Positions 1 through 11,121 of a stretch of DNA of 64,000 nucleotides are shown piece after piece. The translations under genes and the position numbers were made by a program. The notes beneath the pieces are model-generated. The model worked only from the letters and a program-made list of their open reading frames with translations. It made no database searches and was not told where the DNA came from. The DNA is from Klebsormidium nitens. Taxonomy: Eukaryota; Plantae; Klebsormidiophyceae. Positions within the stretch are counted from its first letter, which is position 1. Every line of letters starts with the position of its first letter. Where the stretch lies: NCBI GenBank assembly GCA_000708835.1, contig DF236963.1:124001-188000 (forward strand). Reading direction: 5' to 3'.

Positions 1-191
1 TGTTGCGAACGCGCCGATCCGAAACTCAGAGTACGGGTAAACTCGGATTTCTTCCGCTTGAGCCCTTCATCGAAGTTCTACTCACTGGCAGCCAAAATGC
101 TCCCAGTGGAAGCTTGAAACCATAACAAGGGGACCCAGTCGGAACCTCTGACGACGTGTGTTGCTCTCAAAAAAACGGCGTAGCAGCTCAC

Positions 192-3100
192 CTTCGACGA
201 TGCCCCTCCAAAGCCTGTTCCTGTGCATCTGGCCGTCAAAATAGGACTCCAGATCCATTTGTATCACCTGCGGGTAAATGGGACACGCTTCAACCCACCA
301 GAAGATTCAGACACAAGGTTCCCGCAAGCCACAAACATAAATGAGAAGCATAGTACCAAGTTTGAACCTGTGCATAGGAGGTTATCAGCTTGGGGAGATC
401 TTTGCGACTCCTTGCCACAGCACAAGCAAACCTCCGTCGTCAACACGTTGTCGGCCTTCATTGGTCCTTTAACATTTCCCCGGATCAATCGGTTCTCGCT
501 TGCGAAGAGGAACCATCCTAAGCCCCGCATATGGTTCTTGAGCCGTCACTTAATTCGGTCGCCTGTTCCTTCCCTACCATTGGTGCCAGAAAACAACAAC
601 ATACTTTTTGGGGAGCAGCCGGAAGAAGATTCTTACCTTGAGGTCTTGTACCCTGCTGTAGTCCATGCAGTCGTACTTGGGCAGCACAAACTCCACCAGG
701 TGACCCTTCTTTTGAAGCGCGCGCCCCAGCCCCGTGACGACATCCGCCAATCCGCCAACCTGAAGTGACGGAGCAGAGGACGTGCCTTCAGGATATTTAC
801 AGCTTCGATCTCCGTCATGATGTGGCTTGATTCGGAAGCCAAAGCATGTTTCCGTATGAGTATGCTGAAGAAGCTTCAAGGCTCTTCCTTGATGCCTTCC
901 CCTGATCTTGGTTGACCTCAGCAGCCGGTGTGCTTAATCCGACAGATTATGGATGAGAACCTCACGGCACTCTTCCGTTAGTTGGTTTCTATTTCCACAT
1001 CGTTTGGCGAGAAATGCTTTTGAGAAAATGACAAATAATTTCTACACCGTACGTCGACTTGTTATTTCAATTCATCTAATCCTCTCTGTCCCACCACGAG
1101 AATGACTTTTCATTCTTTGCCCGCAACATCTTCTGCGAACACAGCCGCCATTCCCTTCGCAACATCTACGATTTGGCACCTGATCCGAATGCTTCCGTAA
1201 GTCGGTCTCATTTGCTTAGATGAGAACACGCCTGCTCGAAGTCAACCACAAGTTGAAGAAAACCAGACTCAATCCCAACCAAACACTTCAAACAAACTTC
1301 GAGCAGTCCGCTCAACCAAAATGAACATACCTTGGCCACCGGCGCCATCTCCGCGGCAATGTGCACGATATGCATCCCCGGCCGCATCTTCCCCTCGATC
1401 AACTTCAGCAGCCCGGCGGCAGCGCTGACGTCATCCGCCTGCTCGAGGCCACTGTAGACGTCCCGTATCCGTGGATCGCGGTGCCACGCCATAAGCCGCA
1501 GCTCCACGGCCTGCAGGCAGATCGTCCGCATCTCAAGTAAGCAAAGCTCGTGCAAAAGTTCCAATCCGCTGGTGGAAGCAATCTGTAGTACTTAATCGGC
1601 GACACAGCCTAATCTACATACAGGAATAATGGCTAGTCCGGACTGAAGCTCCGAAGTCGGTCCGGAATCCAGCGAGTCACCTCCAAGAATCTGAGCATGG
1701 ACTATATGGTGCTGATTACTGGGAGGGTTTGTGAGGGCTCAATCCTTGCGGTTTACTTACCTGGTCGAGTGTCAAGTGGCGGTCCAGCATAAGCGCGTCG
1801 AGGCGCAACAGCAGATCACTCCAGAACTCCCACGGCATCTCGCCCACCGGCACCGCCTTCGGCTCCGAGCCCCGTAGCCCCTCGACGCGCAGGCGCTCCA
1901 TATCCTCCTGGAACGCCTCTACTTCGGACTTATACATTTCGACCTGCGCCTGCATGTCCGCGTCCGACTGGACCAACTGCTCCTTCAGCAGCGCCACCTG
2001 CTGTTGCAACAGCGCTTTCTCTTGCTCCGCCTCGGCCCAGATCTCCCGCTCCGCTTCAAGCTCCTTCACACTGGCCTCCAGCAGCCGCACCTGCTTGGCC
2101 AGCGCCGCAGCCTCGTCCAGGGCCTTGTTCCGAGCAGTCTCCTCCTTTTTCGCCTCCACGACTGCCTCTTCTGCGGTTTTCAACAGGGCCTCGAGATCTT
2201 GGACTCGTTCCTCCAGCCCCGCTTTTCCGTTAACGCTGGTGCGCAGGTCCTGCACTTTCGACTCCGCTTCCGACAGCTTACTTTGCAGGTCTTTCCGCTC
2301 CCTCCGCAGTGAATCCGCCTCCGTTTGTACTTCTCTCAAACCTTGCGACGCATCCGCCATTGCACTTTCCGCCCGGGTCAGCCTCTCCTCCAACTCCGGC
2401 ACTTTGCCCGCCTCGACTTCGAGCGCTCGCACCCTCTCTTCAGTCTCTGTCCGCTGTCGTTCCAGCTCACCCCTCTCGGCCTCCAGCCTATTCACACTCT
2501 CCTCCGAGGCCTGCAACCGTGCCTGGACCGCTTCTAGCTCCTTCTGCACTGCCATCTTCTCCTCCATCCTGTTCCGCTCGCGCACTTTGGCCGATGACGT
2601 CAGCAGGCCCTCGAGCTTCGCCACCTGCGCCTGCAGCGCCCCCGTCCGCTCTCGTTCCTCCGCAAGCTGCCTCTCCTTCTCCGAAACTTCACCAGCCACC
2701 GAATGCAAACTTGCCACCTCTTCTTTTACCCCTTCCACGTCTTTCTTCGCATTGTCCAACTCGAGTTTCAACTCATCCATCCCCTCCCGGAGAAGTTCGT
2801 TCTCTCGCTCTAGTTGCGCCCGAGCCTCGGCCCGCCCCTCCTCCTCCCTCAGCTTCTCGGACAGCTCCCCAACTCTCGCCTCTAGTTCTCTCTTTGCCTG
2901 CTCCACTTTCTCCAGCTCTTCTACCCTCTGCCTGGACTCTGTGAGATCTCGCTCTAGTTCCTCCAGCCGCCCCTCAATAGCATCTTTCTCAGCATGAACC
3001 CGTTTGGCCTCCCCCCGTGCTGTTTCTAGGTCCGCTTCTAGTTTTTTCAAACTTGCTACCTCCTGGTCCTTCTCCCCCAGCTTCGCTGTCAGTGCTTCGA

Positions 3101-4880
3101 CTTGTTCCTGTAGCAACTGGTTCTTGTTCTGCGTCTGCGTCAGGAGGTGGAGCTTGGCGTCTGTCTCCTTAAGGCGCGATTGGAGGAGTTGAGCCTCGTT
3201 TGCGGAAAGCTCGGAGCGGTATTTAGCTTGCTCGAGGTCCTCGAGCGCGCGCATTCGCACTCGGTTGAGCAGCAGGATGTCTGAAAGAGGAAGGTATAAA
3301 GTTCACTTGAAAGTCTGACCATCTGTTGGATGCCTTGCTGTTTGACCAGGCAAAGGACTGAATATGGGGCACGCAATCACAAGCCTTTCATTGTTCAGAC
3401 GTTAGATAATATCAATAGCTTAATCAGGGCCTGTTTGGAATCGAATTGTTACTCTGGCTTCTTTTTGGTAATATGGTTGAAGAACGTCCGGAAAGGCGAC
3501 CAACCAGGCTGCAGGCAAATGTGGCCTCTATAATCTACTAGAATGCGCTAAGGTTGTTTTGGGCCTCCGCCGGGCTTGCCTTGTCACAAACGCCATGAGA
3601 GTCACAGCGTCCGCATTCTGTGGAATTTCGACGTACTTCCTTTGTTAGAAATGGATTGCAAGTAAATTGCAATGGCTCACTTTTCTCTGCATCTTTGATC
3701 ATCTGCATCATGGATGCGACTGTGACCCCTTTTGGCACGTCCCCTGGATCTGCGCTGCCTGGCCCCGCCCCCGCGACTTCCTCCATGTTGTCCTGCATCA
3801 TCAGCATATGTCCAATATTCAAAGCGTCACTCTGTCTCTTGAACAGCGCCACTCGCAGGACGCTTAAGCTCAAGTGGTTCTGGACCCGTGCCGGAGCAGC
3901 GGTCTGCGCGCCGTTCAGAGATGGTCGACATTACGAAGCAGCGGCTGGAGAAGGAGTTTCCAGAGAAGACTCGTACCTCAAACATATAGCCTTAGTCAGC
4001 ACAACATTGCCACAAGCACTCAAGCAGCTAAGGTTTGGTTTTCCAAGATGTTGTTATGGACAGAGAGCTATAGACAGCACTTGAAGATGTTGCTTAGACA
4101 TAGCTGTTCCTATTTATAGGTGTCACGAACGTGGTGCTCTGCGCTCGCCTTTTCAACATTGCCCTGCTCTTCTTTTTCGCCACCATCGTCGCCGTCTGAC
4201 TTCGCCGTGTTGCGGGTACTTTTTCGCTTGACCGGAGGATTGGTGGCACCCTCGCCGACCACCACACTACCACTGCTCGATTCTGTGGCCCTCCTCCAGT
4301 CTCTGTGCCTGGTTCTGGCTTCAGGTCTTGCTCTGGCGCAAGGTGTTGTAAGCTTTGAGCAAACAACACTCCTGCAATTATTGCAAAGCATCGCCACTGA
4401 GACAGCCGCATGAAACCTCAAAAGCTGTTTGAAATTGCTTGCACTTCAGAGGGTCAGCATTGCCTCATCTTTACATTCTGAGAGGCACATTTGAAACGTG
4501 CAACTTAGGTGTCAGCTTGCAGCCTTCCTCTAACGAGACAGTATAACCAGTCGCACAAGACTCTGATGCATTGTAATTGAAGACTTTAGACAATGATCAC
4601 CGCTCTGCACAAGGAAGAGACCCATTCACTACTTTCTTCAACCAATCAATTGCTCTACTCGAACCACAACTTTCAGTACTTCAACGAGTTTGACTGCAAT
4701 GCTGACAGTGACAGCAGAACACCGGCTCAGTTGGTCCACCCAGAGACTTACCCCACAACATTCTGTTCCAAGGATCGCCGAGGACTGCAACTTGCGTCTG
4801 TTTGCGAGCGAGCAAAATTCTGAAAATGTTTCCGTTGCGGTTGGCAACATGTCCAGATCTTTGCAGAATCTTTGGCGCAT
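192..4880 (-). CDS. SS4: Starch synthase 4 (GT5 family, N-terminal coiled coil), likely plastid-targeted; 3' part runs off the left edge of the window
   Basis: Phase-consistent exons (minus): 4880 or 4850..4752 (tentative), 4424..4149, 3792..3681, 3280..1761, 1510..1331, 759..637, 267..192. Spliced product contains MMQMIKDAEK|NILLLNRVRMRALEDL (SS4-type coiled-coil start), WSDLLLRLDAL, and the GT5 motif MHIVHIAAEMAPVAK|VGGLADVVTGLGRALQKKGHLVEFVLPKYDCMDY. The start codon is uncertain (4391 is an alternative). Confidence 0.9.
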
Positions 4881-5502
4881 CTGCCAGCGGAATCTTCACG
4901 GCGGCGTAGTCCTGCAAACCCCTTCCACCTGCCTGCATTTACCAGGCGATCGCTGCTGGCCATTGCTTTCATAGCACAAGACCTTCAGCAACTTTTACTT
5001 TACTGACCACCGTAATGCCCGTGCAGATGCACCACTTGGGCGAAGGATCAGCTTCTAAGCAGATAGGCATGCTTGTTTAGAGCTCTCTTTCAGAGGAGCG
5101 GGTAGACTTGAAAATCTCATGTCAAATTTGCAATGCTGCGTCTACTCAGGGCCGAGCTTGGAGTCAGACACAGCATCTCCACATGACTCCTCCTCAGTCG
5201 GCTGCTTTCACCTCGCTGTGCGCGTGGTCTGTGTCAGCACACCTCGTCAGGAATTTCTGTGAGGACTTCAGACGAGCCCTCTCCTACCAGCATTGACCAG
5301 CTTCAGACTAAAAACGGCCGCACTATGGCGCACGAAGTCCCCTGTCCACAACGGCCTGCAGAAGTCACGTGCTTTGACTTTGTTCCGCTTTCTCTTTCGC
5401 TTGCCAGGCTTTCCGCCACCGCGAATGACTATCGGACGGCCTCCATTTGCCGGATGACCGCAGCTTTCACTAAGATAGAGGAGCCCCGGGCACCTCAACT
5501 AA

Positions 5503-5565
5503 AAACCCTAACCGAAATCATGACCCACTCCGCACCCGTACCCACCCTAACCCCCAACCTAACCC
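5503..5565 (+). promoter_or_regulatory. Telo-box (AAACCCTAA) with adjacent degenerate CCCTAA/CCTAA units in the divergent SS4/remorin-like intergenic region
   Basis: aaaccctaa at 5503-5511, then caccctaacccccaacctaacccc at about 5543-5566. The telo-box is a known plant cis-element; function here is not shown. Confidence 0.35.
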
Positions 5566-6556
5566 CACCCGTCCCCCGGGTGCCTGTCTTAGTGAAAGCT
5601 GTCGTTTAGTGAAAGCAAGAGTTGGCACCAGAGTGAGACAATGGAGAGTCCGAAGAAGGTTCAAAATTTGGCTTGCGGCTGAGAATCATAGCCGACGAGA
5701 TTTGTGAGCCGTCGATAAGAAAAGTGGATTGCGAAGACTTTGTCTTGTCGAGTTTGGATGTTGCCAAATGTCGACCAGGCAAGGCAGTTGCTGTCACATA
5801 CGATATACTCAGGCAAACCTGCTATGTTTCATATACAAAGCCCCGGCTGGTAGGAAGGATCTATTCCGGGTACATGCCCTGGCTAGGTTGAACCGGAGAC
5901 CTTGATCGGTTATGGAAACCTGAGCCCGGCCTTCTTTGCTCGAGATCGTATATGAGTCTTCATGCCATTTGGATGTGGAGGGGATGCTTATTCAGGTTGA
6001 AGCTGCCCCCTGGAAAAATGGCATCCTTTTTCCAGGTAATGAGGAGGCCGCTTTGCCACCTGGCCGTTTTCTAGCACTGCAGCAAGATCTACCTGATTGC
6101 GTATCCAACATTTCTCGGACACAAACTCGATGGTCTCCACGTGTTACCTCTGAAAGGTTGCCACCAAGGCAAAAGAAGTTGCAGAAGCTGCCAGCTGGGC
6201 AGTGACGTCAAACTGGCGCTATACTGATCAAGATCTTCCATGCTGGGAGCCTGGTGCCCCTAGGGAGGGCGCGTGGACGGCCGCCCAAGTGTAGCTGGCA
6301 GCTTCTGCCTCGCTTCCCTGACCACATGGAGCCAGGCTGGCTGCTGCATGTTCCGAAGTTATCCCTAGCTGTGCAAAGGACTACAAATTCTCATGCAATT
6401 TTGGTGATGTCCCTTCATGCAACAAGAATTTGAAACAAGCTTTGCCTTCTCCACGGTCTGGTTGCATTCCTAAATTCATTGCCAGCGATCATCAGCACAA
6501 GCGCTACTATTGAATCGCCCATTTACCTTGAGCTCTTAAGTTCGTGTTCCTAAAGA

Positions 6557-8219
6557 ATGTTTAACAAGCTCTCAGGTTGGGGTGGATCAGCAGCTGCTGA
6601 TCAGGAGGCCCCTGTCTCTCAGGAGATTGACCAGGCAGTTCAGACTGAGTCCGAGACCACGCCCACAAAGCACATGATGGAGTCCGGCAAGCACAAGCAC
6701 CGCAAGCATCATCACCGGGAGGTTGATGGCACTCAGGAGGAGGGGGTGCTGGCGCAGGAGGCAACTGTTATCAGGGAGCGCCCAATGGTTCAGGGGGCTG
6801 AGCAGTCCCTTCATTATCTGGACGGTGTGCCTATAGACACATCCCTGCCCCAGGAAACGACCACAACATATGTTCAGCAGGAGGTAATGACCCCGTCCCC
6901 CCGAGCTGAGAGGACCCTGGCTGTTTATGAGCCCCCCCGCGCTGAGGCGCCTGCTGCTTCAACCACCCTCGTCACTGTGAAGAGCATCTCTGCAGAGGAG
7001 AGGGACAGGCAGATCCACGAGGAGAACTTGAGAAGGTTGGTGCATGGCTTTTTTACTGGTTTGTTGCAAGGACTATTCCTTTTTGACAACACTGAGGCAG
7101 GCAGCTCTGACATCATTCTAGAGATTGAAACTGTTGCAAGTCGACCAGAAAAAAGCTGGAAATGTGACAATGTGACTCTCTGAGATAATTTGAAAAGACT
7201 TTGACCGGTCTCACTTCAGCCCAGAGATAACTGTTGTGCTGCACATTGCTGTCTGCTTCATTTTATGCTTCATTCTATGCTTGGGTGTTCAATCATGAAC
7301 TTGTGTATCTGTTGTGACTGGCCCGCATTGCAGATCACTTAAATATATGCCTGACTTTGATTTGCTGGTTCATGCAGAGCTCAGCTGCAAGAGGAACAGA
7401 TGAAGGTGGAGGCAGCGGCCTTCATGGAGAAGCAGAAGCGGGATACAATTGCCTTCATGCAGAAGGAGGAGGCCAAAGCACAAGCCAAGTACGAGAAGGA
7501 GATGACAAATGCTGCTTACAGAGAAGCACAAGTGAGTTATCAACTATTTGACATCTTTAGTCAGATTGAAATAAACTGTGTGCATTGCTCGTTTTGGGTG
7601 TTCATTGCTGGTTTTGGGTGTTTTTCCTGGATTACCAAAATCCGTTCATGACAGTGATTACTTACGGCTGCATTAACAGCGTATGTACTCTCAGGAAAAT
7701 ATGAGTCGTTGCTCTTCAAGGCAAGGTTTTGTCATCTTGCAGTCAACCAAATCTGCAGTTCTTTGTTTGATAACTGTATAATAGCATTGTTGGACTAAAG
7801 ATGTTTGGAACATTCTAGTTTACCATAACTTGTGCATAGTGATGGGTAGTTTCTTTGAGCCATGACCGCCCTCTGACTGGGAGCAAGTAAGCTTGTTTGA
7901 AAAGTGCTTACTTATGGGCAATGTTAAAACTGCTTGTAGTATCAGTGTTCCCTACTCGTATCTTACCATTATTGCTCCTTGTTGTGAACAGGTGCAGAAG
8001 AAGGCTGCCGATATGTGTGCTGAAGCTGCCGCAGCTCGGAAGAAGGTGGAAATTCGTGCTCAGCAGAAGTTGGAGATGAAGCGAGCGAAGGCAAAAACTC
8101 TGGCGGAAGAGAATCTGGCCACTGCCAAGGTGCGGGGAACTGCCATCCAGAAGGGTGATGTACGGGCAGAGTTGACCCAATCCTGGACCCGGAAGTTTTC
8201 GAACAAGCTGAAGATGTAA
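6557..8219 (+). CDS. Remorin-like protein: disordered N-terminus plus Remorin_C-like coiled coil, about 286 aa
   Basis: Exons 6557..7035, 7378..7531, 7992..8219 with GT-AG introns and matching phases (2, 0). The C-terminal part EAAAFMEKQKRDTIAFMQKEEAKAQAKYEKE...KKVEIRAQQKLEMKRAKAKTLAEENLA resembles remorin KLEKKRAKAMEK (from recall of the family). Confidence 0.65.
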
Positions 8220-11121
8220 TCAAAAAACTGATTGAGAGGATGGAAAGCTGTCTTCAAATTATCTATTGCACCGGAGATCAAAAACAACACCGTAGTGAAA
8301 ACGGTTTGTACAGAGTTCGTACGAGTTGGACTGGGAAGTGACTCGCGATCGGTGTTGTAGGCTAATCATGCGGAATTATGTTTACGGTTTGTTACTCTGG
8401 AAGGATTGGTAGGCACGCCCAAGTTAGGAAAAGAAGGAAAATATTGTTTGTGACAAGCACGCGAAAACACGTTTACCATAGTAATCTATCTTGTATGAAC
8501 TGCAAATGGGATATCATGATAGAAAACTACTTCTCAATGACCAAAGTGAATTTGATTTCATCATGGAATGCATTGGGATTTGTGACCTACTATCTTTACA
8601 CTGATATATTGACAAATTTTCTTTGAACGACAATCATTATACAACAACTTTGCAGTCACTATAGCATGATCAGTCGCATGCTTTGCAAGAATATAAAACT
8701 GTAGATTAAAGGCAATATAATCAAATACTCTGTCTTCTGGGCCTCGGGCTATGTGATCGTGCTTACGATTATTGAAAAATCGCAACATTTGGAAAGATCC
8801 CCGAAAAGCTGACGTGAGAGGAAAAGTAGAACAAAGTTTGAAAACGTTTGGCCGACAGTTGCAAGAGACAATCAATGAACGACAAGTATAAATATCACGA
8901 TTCTATGTGGTGACATGTTATTATATGTGATTGATCAAACATTAAATACTCTTTTTATGATCACGCTTACATAGACTACTATCTCTTTTTCATTTAAGGA
9001 AAGAAACCTTTGATAAAGTAATAACAAACGGATGGTAACATGGTTTGCAAACATTAGTAAACTCAACTTGAGTATTGGCTTTCTGTTAGTCTATCAAAGT
9101 GAACGCTTGCTGTAATAAAACCTCAATGAATGATTGCCGTGTGCGATTTTGCACCATCCTAATCATGCGGCTACCAATTCTAAGTTGTTTTTGTTCGTCA
9201 ATATTGCTCGAGTTTTCAATTCGTATGCTCTGATTAAATCGCCTGCTACCTATGCGATCATACAATGTATGGCTTATTGACTCGTCCGTGTCTCTTTCGT
9301 GACTGTGCAAGATGTGTGCAAGATATAACCTGCTTCGTAGGAGCCGCCCCACTGGTCCACTAGAGTATCTATATCTCTGAGAAACTTTGATCCGGTGGCA
9401 CCGCTCTTGTCTGATCTAATTTGGGGCGATGATAACAAACAAACAAACATGCATTTGGCCCGCATTTGGCAACCATCCGGAAGTGACGCTGGTCGTTGCT
9501 TACCTTAATGATGTATTGATATGTGAACAGTGAAGTTAGTGAAGCAGAGAAGCAGTACCGTAGGCAGCTGCTTCCTGCTCTGCTGCCGCCTCCCCGCTAC
9601 TAAGCTGCAAGTTGGGGCCGGGGCCCGGGACTCGGGAGACGATTCATACCGGTATACCGGTACCATGATGACCATGATTCACATGCCAGGCCTAATGATG
9701 ACGTGACCTGGCTCACCGGATTCCCTTATCCAACGGCTTTGAAACCACCCACGGCCCCACATGGCTACATTTCAATGCAGCTGTCAGAAAATGGAGAGAT
9801 GTATTGTGGATTCTGGAACCTTATAGGTACCATCGATGATCGTACCGTACCACTACCAGCCTGACCGGCCCTGGGCATTCGGCGAGAGAAGGCGGTAACC
9901 ACTGACCAGCGCGGCCCCGGGTCCCCGGGCCGCGGCAGCTTGTATGGACCGCATCCCCAAGCCCTTTCGTATGGGCGGTGAGTCGAATTCGTGAAGCCCA
10001 GGCGGCCGGGAGCTTCGAAGCGACAGCTGGAATAACGCCCGGGGGCCGGCTGCCCCGGCCTGAAGGACCGTCGCGCAGCTGACGGTGGCTCCCGAAAATG
10101 ACTCAGGGTTGCTCGCAGAGCGGGTTCCCGCGATGTACTTGTCGAAGTTCTGCTGACCGTACGTTGCTGACGGGATTCCCACCTCAGCCATTTAGATTGC
10201 GTGTGGCACCAGGGGCCCTGCTCAGAGAAGGGAGCTCTGAATCAGAACTGCAATAATAGTCGAGTGCTACAGCCAATTGCCCCAGCGGGGCCTCAAGCTC
10301 ATAGCAGGGAAACCTCTTGACCGGAGTTGACCATGCCAGTGCATCTTTGCTTGCGCCGCAGTCGCCGTTGTGACCATAGAGCTAGGTAGTCCTAGGCCCA
10401 AGCGGGCCAGCCTAATTGAACTTGAAGCCTCAGAAGGCTCTGGTGTGTGAGTCTGGCTGGGCTGTCGAGACTCGAGAGTCGGAGGGCTCATGTCAGGGTG
10501 GAGGTCAGGTGTGACGACGACAGAAGCCCAAGAGTGTGCACACTGCGCATGCACTTTGGAGAGCAGAATCATGGCTGCCGTTCTGGGTTTTGGGCGTTCT
10601 TGCGCTCTACAGCTTCAGATCTCAGCGCTACTTCATTGAGCAAGGGAGTTGAGGGGAAGTGACTCGGACAGACGAGAGGCAGACGGGAGAAGAAAGAAGG
10701 CAAAGGTCGCAACTGGTCGATCGCCGGGGCTAGCCAGGAGCTAAACCTGTCTAAGGATTCTTGGGATGGTCGTGAGCTGCACGACTTCAAGCATTTCTCC
10801 AAACTAGCGAAAGGAGCTCCTGCAGAAGCAGCCCGACATTAGCAAATCCCAAAAAACCTCAAGCATGAGCTCAAAGTGGGATACTTGAGAATCGGAAGGA
10901 TTGCAGTCCCAATTACGAGTGAAGACTTGAATAATTCTAGTTTCACTGATTTGGATACCTATACATCCTACTGTAAGAGCTTGTATTTTCTGAAAATGGT
11001 ACAAACAGGAAATCCATCCTCTCATATTGCTGGTGGTGAGGAATGGGAGCGTTCTTTCTCCTCTGAAGATTGAAGAAAGGGTTTCTTTCAGCACATTGGC
11101 GGTTTGTAATTGCGGGGCACA

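Noticed and set aside
1752-1765. ACTTACCTGG, resembling the U1 snRNA 5' end
   Set aside because: It is the reverse complement of the SS4 donor CAG|GTAAGT; no U1 body follows.
1954-2997. 347-aa Ser-rich ORF on the plus strand (also 2309..2944 and 2004..2312)
   Set aside because: Antisense shadows of the SS4 coiled-coil exon; composition mirrors the reverse-complement codons.
9853-10191. 112-aa minus-strand ORF in the palindromic block
   Set aside because: No recognisable motif or splice context; open frames are expected in GC-rich low-complexity DNA.
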